DNA of 49,291 nucleotides from the NCBI RefSeq assembly GCF_001194135.2, contig NC_068981.1:124497177-124546467 (forward strand). Reading direction: 5' to 3'. Below the pieces are notes generated by a model. It worked only from the letters and a program-made list of their open reading frames with translations, had not been told where the DNA came from and made no database searches. The stretch is from Octopus bimaculoides. Lineage: Eukaryota. Of the stretch, positions 36,267 to 46,949 are shown in pieces (position 1 is the first letter of the stretch; each line of letters opens with the position of its first letter). Position numbers and translations under genes: made by a program.

Positions 36267-36333
<67 letters not shown>
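36168..36333. repeat. (AAT)n-(GAT)n-(AAC)n compound microsatellite
   Basis: Directly visible. Confidence 0.95.
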
Positions 36334-36380
36334 TCAAAAAATACCTTACGAATGAGAACCCATGTTCGAGATTTCCCCAA

Positions 36381-36423
36381 AACACATGAAGGCTAGAGGG
36401 TATATCAGCCGAAACGTGGTGTT
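36381..36423 (+). ncRNA. Decayed minimal type I hammerhead ribozyme motif (probably inactive copy)
   Basis: Stem I aacac/gtgtt, stem II ggct/agcc, conserved GAAAC-GT; left core reads ATGA instead of CTGATGA and position 17 is G. Confidence 0.55.
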
Positions 36424-36949
36424 AACAAAAAAGATGAGGACAAATATCCGTCAATTGTAAATAATGTAAATAATGTACATAATTCATCATCTCTTAAATA
36501 TAGAACTGTATATATATATTTATTTATATATATATATATATTTATTTATATATAATATTTATATATNNNNNNNNNNNNNNNNNNNNNNNNNNNNNNNNNN
36601 NNNNNNNNNNNNNNNNNNNNNNNNNNNNNNNNNNNNNNNNNNNNNNNNNNNNNNNNNNNNNNNNNNNNNNNNNNNNNNNNNNNNNNNNNNNNNNNNNNNN
36701 NNNNNNNNNNNNNNNNNNNNNNNNNNNNNNNNNNNNNNNNNNNNNNNNNNNNNNNNNNNNNNNNNNNNNNNNNNNNNNNNNNNNNNNNNNNNNNNNNNNN
36801 NNNNNNNNNNNNNNNNNNNNNNNNNNNNNNNNNNNNNNNNNNNTTGATAGATATTTCGGAGTGTAAGCTCAGATCTTGTGAACGCTACTGTTTTTTACAT
36901 AGAGGTTCTCTCGGTCTCATCTCTTAATTCTTTCTCCAAGTAAAAAGGC

Positions 36950-37245
36950 AAAACCCCATTCGGTCATCAATGACTGTGGAACTGCACCTAGAAAATGATC
37001 TTTCGAGGCTCAAATCCGAGCAAGGTTGTTTATGGAAGACTAGCAGTCACCCATGCATATCAGCCTCTCCTCTCCGCGTCACCGATACAGCTTGGCACCA
37101 GTGACGTCGAAACTCATTTCTACAGCTGAGTGAACTAGAACAACGTAAAATAAAGTGTCTTGCTGAAAAACATAACACACAGCCCGGTCTGGGAATCGAA
37201 CTCACTACCTCGTGATGATCCCGACATTCTAATCACTGTGCTAAC
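36950..37245 (-). mobile_element. tRNA-derived SINE family C-like, longer tail
   Basis: Minus strand gagttcgattcccagaccgggc (B box) followed by tgtttttcagcaagacact; related to 3980-4140. Confidence 0.7.
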
Positions 37246-37553
37246 ATATAACACATATAACTTTAGACATTCCTTAATCTAATGTTTATTGGTTGATAGT
37301 TGAGGTGGTTTAGGTTGCTTGGTTTCGATTGTAGCGATGGCCATATTGCTCTTCTTAATTATTGTTCTGTTGGTGTTTAGTTTCCAGTCAATATTCATTT
37401 CCCAAACATCAAAGACATTTCATTCAAATTTGGAGTTGGTTAACTTGTTCATACTATCGTTGGTGTTGTTATTAGTCATTCAGTAATAGATGGATTGGTA
37501 ATGGCGATAGTTGTAATAGTTATGGTGTTGGTGTTGATTCTGTTCGTCTAGAT

Positions 37554-37901
37554 CAGTGATTCTCAGTCGGAGTCCACACGGCCACTGAGGGTCCATATGA
37601 GATTTTTATGAGCCACGCAACAAAATAGTAAATTGTGGAACCACAATAGTATTTTAAGGGACCTTGTGAAAATGTTGCTTCAGATGTATGTATTGGTATG
37701 TATTGCAAGAAACATCTAGGTTTCTTTCTCGAATATTTTACATAGTCCAACCCACACAAGTTAGTGTGTGAATAACAAAATAGGAATTTTTAATTAAGTT
37801 TCTATAAAACTAATTTTTAAACATCGAATAGCTATGGGTCCACAAGAATAAAAGAGTAATCAGAAGAGTCCACAGATAAAAAAAATGCTTGAGAAACCTT
37901 G
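37554..37901. mobile_element. hAT (Charlie-like) MITE, 348 bp, 8-bp TSD
   Basis: TSD gtctagat at 37546-37553 and 37902-37909; imperfect TIRs cagtgattctca / tgagaaaccttg; repeated subterminal gtccaca/gtccata motifs. Confidence 0.85.
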
Positions 37902-37943
37902 GTCTAGATGAGAGATAATGATGATGACCAAAGTAGGTGTATG

Positions 37944-37997
<54 letters not shown>

Positions 37998-38439
37998 NNN
38001 NNNNNNNNNNNNNNNNNNNNNNNNNNNNNNNNNNNNNNNNNNNNNNNNNNNNNNNNNNNNNNNNNNNNNNNNNNNNNNNNNNNNNNNNNNNNNNNNNNNN
38101 NNNNNNNNNNNNNNNNNNNNNNNNNNNNNNNNNNNNNNNNNNNNNNNNNNNNNNNNNNNNNNNNNNNNNNNNNNNNNNNNNNNNNNNNNNNNNNNNNNNN
38201 NNNNNNNNNNNNNNNNNNNNNNNNNNNNNNNNNNNNNNNNNNNNNNNNNNNNNNNNNNNNNNNNNNNNNNNNNNNNNNNNNNNNNNNNNNNNNNNNNNNN
38301 NNNNNNNNNNNNNNNNNNNNNNNNNNNNNNNNNNNNNNNNNNNNNNNNNNNNNNNNNNNNNNNNNNNNNNNNNNNNNNNNNNNNNNNNNNNNNNNNGTGT
38401 GTGTGTGTGTGTGTGGAGAAATTGGGGGTCTTTGTTTTT

Positions 38440-39135
38440 TCTTCTTTCTAAAGGATATTCAGTTGTGGTTTATATTTTTTAATGAACATGATTTCCTTAT
38501 TCAAACGGATTGGGTTGAAGTGTTTCCGGTATATTGACAGAGGGGGAAGGTTTGGTATTTCGAGTTTATGCTTGCCGGACATTGGTCTAGGTGTTTGCTT
38601 ACGGAGATTTTCCTGGTCGTTGGGTCCAGGATTTGTTGTCTGTGTACCGTCAGTCTGTCCCTCCAGGTCAAACTAGTTTGACCTATGCAGTCTCCATCAC
38701 ACTTTCCACATAGATTAAGTTCTTCGATGCATAGGTAAAGTAATCTTTTAAGGTAAAAGTTTGACCTGACTCAAATTTCTATGCTGAGCTCTGTAAGAGA
38801 AAGATGCAAGTCCCACGGTTAGGGTGGTTGCACTTTTCGACTAGTGGAATTGTATTTTTGGTGGGTAATTCGGCGCTGATGAGTAACTCTTTTAGGGATT
38901 GCGGTTGTCTCTTGCTTTTAATAATCTTGTGTATTTCCAGTGCCTTTTTCATTCGCAGGTCATTCATAAGGAGGGGTATGTTTTGGTTGATGATGTATGC
39001 TTCCATGTTCCTAGGATTGTGTGTTGATACGTAAGATAAAGTTTTTAAAGTGTCATAGGGTTTTCTTGTTTACTGTAACTCTCGGGTGTCTATCATTTTT
39101 GCACGTTCCATTCCCTTTGTTAAAGCACCATTAAA
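38440..39135 (-). mobile_element. Penelope-like retroelement fragment 3
   Basis: YVSTHNPRN...SKRQPQSLKELLISAEL...KCNHPNRGTC and LIYV..CDGDCIGQT...RLTVHRQQI...SVSKHLDQC (GIY-YIG). Confidence 0.85.
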
Positions 39136-39321
39136 TTAGCCATCAACGTATCACATTTAGCATATATACACCGGTAACAAGCAAAATGTTGTGCTTTTCC
39201 TTAGAGATAAGGATGCAACATACACACACAAACACACACACATACACACACACACACACAAACACACATATATATATATAAATATATGTATATATATATG
39301 TATATATATATATGTATATAA

Positions 39322-39359
<38 letters not shown>

Positions 39360-39839
39360 NNNNNNNNNNNNNNNNNNNNNNNNNNNNNNNNNNNNNNNNN
39401 NNNNNNNNNNNNNNNNNNNNNNNNNNNNNNNNNNNNNNNNNNNNNNNNNNNNNNNNNNNNNNNNNNNNNNNNNNNNNNNNNNNNNNNNNNNNNNNNNNNN
39501 NNNNNNNNNNNNNNNNNNNNNNNNNNNNNNNNNNNNNNNNNNNNNNNNNNNNNNNNNNNNNNNNNNNNNNNNNNNNNNNNNNNNNNNNNNNNNNNNNNNN
39601 NNNNNNNNNNNNNNNNNNNNNNNNNNNNNNNNNNNNNNNNNNNNNNNNNNNNNNNNNNNNNNNNNNNNNNNNNNNNNNNNNNNNNNNNNNNNNNNNNNNN
39701 NNNNNNNNNNNNNNNNNNNNNNNNNNNNNNNNNNNNNNNNNNNNNNNNNNNNNNNNNNNNNNNNNNNNNNNNNTATATATATATATATATATTATATGCA
39801 TATATACATACGTATATAGATATGCATATGCGGGCACAG

Positions 39840-40200
39840 GAGGTCACGAAACGTGTAAAACAAAAAATACGAAGTACGAGTAAATGGAATACAAACTATT
39901 TTTTCGAACAACGAAAGACACAAATGGAAAACAAGACAAACAACATAAAGAACGACCCTTCATCAGTTGTTGGCTGTCTTTTCTACTCTCGTATTTCGAG
40001 CATTTAACAACAATATACGCTTTCGAAAAAGCAGTTGCTCCCGCAAAGCAAATTAAATAAAATTTGGGATGTTTGCGAAGGGTGAAAATTGGTAACATAA
40101 ACAGGACAGTGAAAACAAACAGGAAGGGCTACTAAGCCTAAACGAGGTTGTGGTGGCGAACGCGTAAATCAGGAAACAGACAAGAACACGTCTTCCTTGT
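39840..40200 (-). repeat. Probable interspersed repeat (possibly a Penelope-type 3' end)
   Basis: Minus-strand FALREQLLFRKRILLLNARNTRVEK is weakly GIY-YIG C-terminus-like and is followed by ctgatga; single copy here. Confidence 0.3.
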
Positions 40201-40757
40201 TCCAGCTACAACGGAGAGAAAGAAAGAATCGCAAGTTAGGAGAAGAAAGATATGTATAAAAAAGATACATATATATACATCACACACACACACACACATA
40301 TACATATATATACCTATATATATATCGGATGGAGACGAATGATGGTCCCGGGTAGATATTCGCAATGTCCCTGAATATATTATTTACTGGTTCCTATAGA
40401 TTAGAGGCAACAAATTTTATCAAGACATGTGATAAGCCCCAAGAGGGTTGAATACACCTGGCCTCCCCGCTAACTGATTTTTCGTCTCCTTATGACATAT
40501 ATTCTGTTTTTAACACAGCTCGTCTATAAAAAAACGAAACCTGTAATATCTTGCCAGTCAACAGTGTATATAATTAAATTATGATACTTAGATGGCATAT
40601 ATGTACGAGTGTTTGTGTATATTTACATTGTATATGCACACAAATGTTAACTAACGTCCTGAAAGACGGTGTGTTTAGAATAAGTTTCAAATGCTATATT
40701 ATATGTTTTGAAGGGAAAATACTTGTGCTGCATGTGCAAATAGATACTTTGATGAGA

Positions 40758-40932
40758 CAAGAAGAAGAAGAAGAAGAAGAAGAAGAAGAAGAAGAGGAGG
40801 AGGAGGAGGAGGAGGAGGAGAAAAAGAAGAAGAAGAAGAAGAAAGAGGAGGAGAAGAAGAAGAAGAAGAAGAAGAAGAAGAAGAAGAAGAAGAAGAAGAA
40901 GAAGAAGAAGAAGAAGAAGAAGAAGAAGAAGA
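40758..40932. repeat. (GAA)n/(GAG)n polypurine tract
   Basis: Directly visible. Confidence 0.95.
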
Positions 40933-41461
40933 TGTACTTGTACACTTGGGTGCTCAGAGACATACATGCATACATACATACATACAGACAGACAGACAGA
41001 TAGACAGATAGACAGATAGACAGACAGACAGGCATGTATGACAGACAAACATTTGACTATTTCTGTTGGTGTTGTTTAAATTCCAATGAAAGAGCCTTGA
41101 AAAATAGCATGCCTAATTATGAGATTACCGCTACAATCATTAAAATCTCTGTCAAAATATGTAAAGCATCTTAGACGTTTAGCATGTACTAAATGCTTAT
41201 ATGCAGGTACAGACATGCTAGTATTTTTTTTGTGTACATGTACATGTACATGAATCAGAACACGGCTTTTTTAACGAGAAAAGCACTTTGCTACCAATTA
41301 TCAACAGGTAGGTTAATTAAATTGAATATCTTAACTGAGACTCAGGGAAAAGGAAGTATCTTATATGAATTTCGTTTGCCAGCCCATAATATAGAAGATT
41401 AATACATTCCTTATAAATCACTTTTAACAACAACAACAACAGCAATAATAATAGCAATAAT

Positions 41462-41624
41462 AGTGAGCCAGAAGACAGCATTGTTGGGTACAGCTGGCAT
41501 TCTAAGGAGAGTATTGTCTCTTTGAGTCGCAGGAGAAGAGACTACTTGAAACCTTTGGTGATTTGTTATTGCCTGCTTTCAAGTAAAGAAAATCCGATAA
41601 TTAAGAACTATCCGAGAATCTTTC

Positions 41625-41625
<1 letters not shown>
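41462..41625 (+). mobile_element. R4/Dong-clade 3' end, severely 5'-truncated
   Basis: QKTALLGTAGILRRVLSL* + short 3' UTR, then (TAA)n 41626-41676; preceded by (CAA)/(TAA)n. Confidence 0.8.
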
Positions 41626-41678
<53 letters not shown>

Positions 41679-41697
41679 GAAAAATAAAAGAAAAATA

Positions 41698-42987
41698 ATG
41701 ACAGGATATAGGATGCACCACCCAAAATCTGACATAGAAAGGCTATATATACAACGCACAGAAGGTGGCAGGGGTCTTATACAGCTAGAAAACTATTATA
41801 AAATAACCACCATAGGACTGCAAAAATACCTACTCCANNNNNNNNNNNNNNNNNNNNNNNNNNNNNNNNNNNNNNNNNNNNNNNNNNNNNNNNNNNNNNN
41901 NNNNNNNNNNNNNNNNNNNNNNNNNNNNNNNNNNNNNNNNNNNNNNNNNNNNNNNNNNNNNNNNNNNNNNNNNNNNNNNNNNNNNNNNNNNNNNNNNNNN
42001 NNNNNNNNNNNNNNNNNNNNNNNNNNNNNNNNNNNNNNNNNNNNNNNNNNNNNNNNNNNNNNNNNNNNNNNNNNNNNNNNNNNNNNNNNNNNNNNNNNNN
42101 NNNNNNNNNNNNNNNNNNNNNNNNNNNNNNNNNNNNNNNNNNNNNNNNNNNNNNNNNNNNNNNNNNNNNNNNNNNNNNNNNNNNNNNNNNNNNNNNNNNN
42201 NNNNNNNNNNNNNNNNNNNNNNNNNNNNNNNNNNNNNNNNNNNNNNNNNNNNNNNNNNNNNNNNNNNNNNNNNNNNNNNNNNNNNNNNNNNNNNNNNNNN
42301 NNNNNNNNNNNNNNNNNNNNNNNNNNNNNNNNNNNNNNNNNNNNNNNNNNNNNNNNNNNNNNNNNNNNNNNNNNNNNNNNNNNNNNNNNNNNNNNNNNNN
42401 NNNNNNNNNNNNNNNNNNNNNNNNNNNNNNNNNNNNNNNNNNNNNNNNNNNNNNNNNNNNNNNNNNNNNNNNNNNNNNNNNNNNNNNNNNNNNNNNNNNN
42501 NNNNNNNNNNNNNNNNNNNNNNNNNNNNNNNNNNNNNNNNNNNNNNNNNNNNNNNNNNNNNNNNNNNNNNNNNNNNNNNNNNNNNNNNNNNNNNNNNNNN
42601 NNNNNNNNNNNNNNNNNNNNNNNNNNNNNNNNNNNNNNNNNNNNNNNNNNNNNNNNNNNNNNNNNNNNNNNNNNNNNNNNNNNNNNNNNNNNNNNNNNNN
42701 NNNNNNNNNNNNNNNNNNNNNNNNNNNNNNNNNNNNNNNNNNNNNNNTCATAGTAGGTGCCTTAGGTATAATAAAAAAATATTCAGACAAATACATAACA
42801 AAAATAGCAGGACTTACAAATATATATAACATACAGAAAATTGCACTACTGGGTACTGCACACATTCTACGCAAAACACTTTCAATACAGTAAACATAAG
42901 AGCACCACAGCAAACTACAGCACATACCCAAGGGGCACAGAGCTGCGCTCGGTAGTGAAGTGAAAGCACGTTATAAAAATAAAACTA

Positions 42988-42990
<3 letters not shown>
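41698..42990 (+). mobile_element. R4/Dong-clade 5'-truncated copy spanning a gap
   Basis: RMHHPKSDIERLYIQRTEGGRGLIQL before the gap; IVGALGIIKK...IQKIALLGTAHILRKTLSIQ* + UTR + (AAT)n after it. Continuity across the gap is inferred. Confidence 0.82.
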
Positions 42991-43042
<52 letters not shown>

Positions 43043-43139
43043 GTAGGGTGATATGTGCTGCATTTTTTTATGGGGGGAGTATTGTATTGTATCAGAATGA
43101 TTTGTTATGGGGATTGGTTTGAGCATTGCTAATATCAAA

Positions 43140-44144
43140 AGAAAAATTTTCCTGGAGAATTCGTTGTTCCCTTTCATATTTGTCCTATGTTTGATCCCCC
43201 TCAGCTTAGTATTAAGGAAGGCAAAGGCAGGGTGTCAGTTCAGAAATAGTAATGGGAAAATTAACCATTTGGTCTACATCTGAAGCTTTTTGGTAAGAAT
43301 GAAAAAGAGATAGATTCTTTATTACAGACTGAAAGGCTCTTCAGCAAAGATATAGGCATGGAATTTGGCATAGATAAATGTGCAATATTAGTCATGAGAA
43401 GGGAACAAATAGTCAACAGTGAAGGCATCCAATTACCAGATGGCCAGACTTTAAAATCATTGAGAGAGAGAGAGAGAGAGTTATAAGTATCTAGGCGTAT
43501 TAGAATCTGACAAAGTACTAACTATAGGAATGAAAACGAAAATTGAGAAATACTTCAGAAGGGAGAGGAAGTTAATGAAGTCAAAGTTAAATGGCCCAGA
43601 CCTAGTGTAGGTTGTAAATATTTGGGCAGAATCGTTACTTAGATACACAGCGGCTTTTGTAGATTTGACAAAAACTGAATTAAACAGAACTAGGAAGGAA
43701 TTCAATACGATTGGAGGACTCCATCCAAGGGCAGGAATAGCAAGATTATACTTACTTAGAAAGGAAAGCGGAAGAGGGTTAATATCAGTAGAAGACTTCG
43801 TGGAGTTAGCAAGAGTAGTCATAGACTCCTACGTAGGTAACAGTGAAGAAAGTCTCTTAAAAGCAGCTAGAGCCACAGCAAGACATAGGCAAACCAAAAA
43901 TCCAAACGAAGTTAAAAACCAGAAAAAACAACAGAAATTGCCTGAATGGCAGGAGAAGGCATTGCATGGTAGATTCCCAAAGATAGTTGCAGCAAATAGT
44001 AGTAGTGAGACATGGTTACGGTTGCAGAAAGGAAAGCTGGAAACGGAGAGAAAAAGTGTGTTAGTAGCAGCACAGGATCAAGCATTGAAGACTAATTGGA
44101 TAAACGCCAAAATACACAAAAGCCAAGTTGATTCCCGATGTAGG
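43140..44144 (+). mobile_element. R4/Dong-clade RT fragment
   Basis: INHLVY...SKDIGMEFGIDKCA, YKYLGVLESD, GGLHPRAGIARLYLLRKESGRGLISVED, LVAAQDQALKTNW...DSRCR (cut at the knuckle). Confidence 0.88.
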
Positions 44145-44456
44145 TCTACCATCTCCTTCGTTTATCCCCAGGTATTTGTAATTTTCCTGTGGGTCAAGCT
44201 CCGTGATGGTAGTGTCGGTATCTAATTTAATGGAAGCTGTTTGCCTGAACTGGCCTCTTACAAAAGTTGCTTTAGAACACTTGTCAAGGCTAAAGTCCAT
44301 CCCGATATCATTGTTGAATTCTTTAACAGTTGTAAGTAGCCCTTCTAGCAAACAGCTTCAGATCGTTCATATAAAACAGGTGGTTTATTGTCGTATTGCA
44401 AACTCTGAACCCATACCTGGTGTTATTTAGTCCGTTTCAGAGTGGGGACCAATGCC
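44145..44456 (-). mobile_element. R4/Dong-clade RT fragment in opposite orientation
   Basis: TINHLFYMNDLKLFA, VKEFNNDIGMDFSLDKC, ENYKYLGINEGD. Confidence 0.85.
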
Positions 44457-44481
44457 ATTATTATCATCATTATTACTATTA

Positions 44482-44580
<99 letters not shown>

Positions 44581-44605
44581 GTGTTGTTGTTGCTGTTGTT
44601 GTTAT
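44457..44605. repeat. (ATT)n-(GTT)n microsatellite
   Basis: Directly visible. Confidence 0.95.
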
Positions 44606-44850
44606 TTTCATGTATACACAACAGATTAGACAGTTGGAAAAGAAAAAGTTCTAACATCGGGCTACAAAATATAACCTCAGATGCCAAGAATCTTCCTTAG
44701 TATCCTAGCTGTCCCTAATAACACTGTTTTCTGCAACTGTACTAAACTGAGTTTTATGCCTATTTCCTCTATCCATCTGTTCAGATCTTTAGAGATAGTC
44801 CCAATGCACCTATAACTACTAGGATACATTTCCATAATTTTTATAAGTTT
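44606..44850 (-). mobile_element. R4/Dong-clade 3' end
   Basis: VVIGALGTISKDLNRWIEEIGIK...LQKTVLLGTARILRKILGI* + UTR running into (CAA)/(TAA)n. Confidence 0.82.
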
Positions 44851-45555
44851 GAAGAAATCTAGCTGCTATTACTCACAGGAAGACTACCTAATTGGCTAGA
44901 CCAACAAAGTTGCAATGTATCGTTAATGCAGTTCATTCTTCGTTTCACTGATTTCACTGTTCATATAACATATAGCTCATTGAACATATGAAATCCTAAG
45001 AAGATCTCGTACACGTACTTAATAACGAAGTAATTGCTAAGAAAAGCAAAATCAAAATATCTCAGACGATTAAAAAAGCAATGTTGTTATTGTTGTTTTA
45101 CTTCATAATCGCAAATAAGTAAAGTCCTTATTCCTACTTTCAGTACCTTTTGAGATAATGTCGACGACACTCAAATAATCCACAGACAAAACGTGACAAA
45201 AACAGTGTTTACGCCTTTTTCTTGTTCGTTGGCTATGACGAGGTATACAAAATATGGTGCTTTTTCTAACATAAACAAGGTATTTTGTGGTGTGTAGAGT
45301 TTAAAATTTCATTTCATTTACAAATCTTGTTAGATTTTGCTGACAGCTGAAATGTTCTTTTTCTTTCTAGATGTATTTAGCCTTCAGGAGACATATAAAT
45401 AAAGGGGGTGGGTTGGTGCTAACTGCGGTAAGTAAAAGAAATACAAAATCGAAAATAAGAACGAATAATAGCGGCTTAAAACAATATCCACATAAATAAA
45501 CTTGAATTGTTTGTTATCTGTGCCTAGTCTGAATCTAATACACAATGTATATATG

Positions 45556-45586
<31 letters not shown>

Positions 45587-45729
45587 GTATCTATATATGT
45601 ACGTACGCATGTATGTATGTGTATATCTATGCATATATATGTACGTACTTTTATGCATATATGCATGTATGTGTGTATACATATATGTATGCGTCAATGT
45701 ATGTGTATATGTATATGTGTAACTATGTA

Positions 45730-45767
<38 letters not shown>

Positions 45768-46179
45768 CTTGCGCATATATGTGTGGGGGTGGTAAGTTTA
45801 TGCATATGTATGCGTATATGAATATATGTATACTTTTATGATGTAAACTTTTACCTAAGCAAAATATATACCGGTCCTCTTTAGTTCGTTGGTGCGTGTG
45901 TGGATTAGCTTCCTTTCCTCTGGGCATGCATGTCATTTTAATACACACATGTATGTGCTTCATTACTGTTTATGTGTTTGTGCATGTGTGTGTATGTGTG
46001 TATGTGTTTGTGTGTGTGTGTGTTTATGTGTGTGTATGTGTATACGTTAGATTGTATTCCCTATATACAAGTGTATATGTTCAGGTCAGGAACTTTCTTC
46101 CGTATGTATAGATTTATGCACGTACGTACGTCTCTACCTTATTCTTTAATCTCTAGCTGGCGACCAGAGGAGAGGATGT

Positions 46180-46780
46180 CCTTTCAACTAATATGCTGCT
46201 GGTTGCTGCTGGGTGACTGACTTTAGTGACGATATTATTCCACGCTTTCGATCCATGGCACTGACCTTAACATGCTTGAGGTCGAGGCGCAGCGACTTGA
46301 GGTCTTCCTCAATTTGTTTCACCCATGTCTTCTTTGGCGCGCTGTGCTGGAATCTCCAGTCGCTGCGGCCACACAAGTTGATGTGATAGTCTTCATATGC
46401 TTATCATGCAGACGTGGCTAAACTACTGTAGTATACGCTGCCTGATTTGGTTTCGATGATCGGCTGCTGCTGGGGCATTATTTTCGGATGTTATTGTTTA
46501 AGATATCAAGGACCTGACGAAGACACCAAATTTGAGACACCTTGATCTTGTTCAGATCTTGTCTGAGGATGGTCCAGGTCCCAGTGCTGTAGAGGAGAAC
46601 AGATAGAACCACCGTACAGAAAAGAAGGATTTTGGTCCTTAGGAAGATGTTGGGCATATTCCAGACATACTATCGAAGGAATGAGAACGCAGAAGTCGCA
46701 GACCCGCTTCGGCAGTTGATCTCTGCTGCTGATGCTTCTTACTTCTTCGCAACCAGTGAGTCGAAATATCTTAACTCCGA
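46180..46780 (-). mobile_element. Decayed RTE-clade LINE 3' fragment
   Basis: SASAFSFLR*YVW...RTKILLFCTVVLSVLLYSTGTWTI...; PKKTWVKQIEEDL. Confidence 0.7.
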
Positions 46781-46833
46781 TGACCTATCGATCCTCCCGA
46801 CATTCCGATGAGCGATTGTACAAGTACGTACGT

Positions 46834-46949
46834 ACCTACCTACCTACCTACCTACCTACCTACCCACCTACCTACCTACCTACCTACCTACCTACCTACC
46901 TACCTATCTACCTACCTACCTACCCACCTACCTACCTACCTACCTACCT
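46834..46949. repeat. (ACCT)n tetranucleotide microsatellite
   Basis: Directly visible. Confidence 0.95.

Noticed and set aside
39900-39980. Minus-strand CTGATGA in a possible Penelope-type 3' repeat
   Set aside because: No closing stem II followed by GAAA within a plausible distance.
40581-41048. Poly-E/poly-K and poly-L/F ORFs; likewise the poly-I/M/D/H/N/Y and HT/CV/YI ORFs elsewhere
   Set aside because: Translations of microsatellites, with no flanking domain or splice support.
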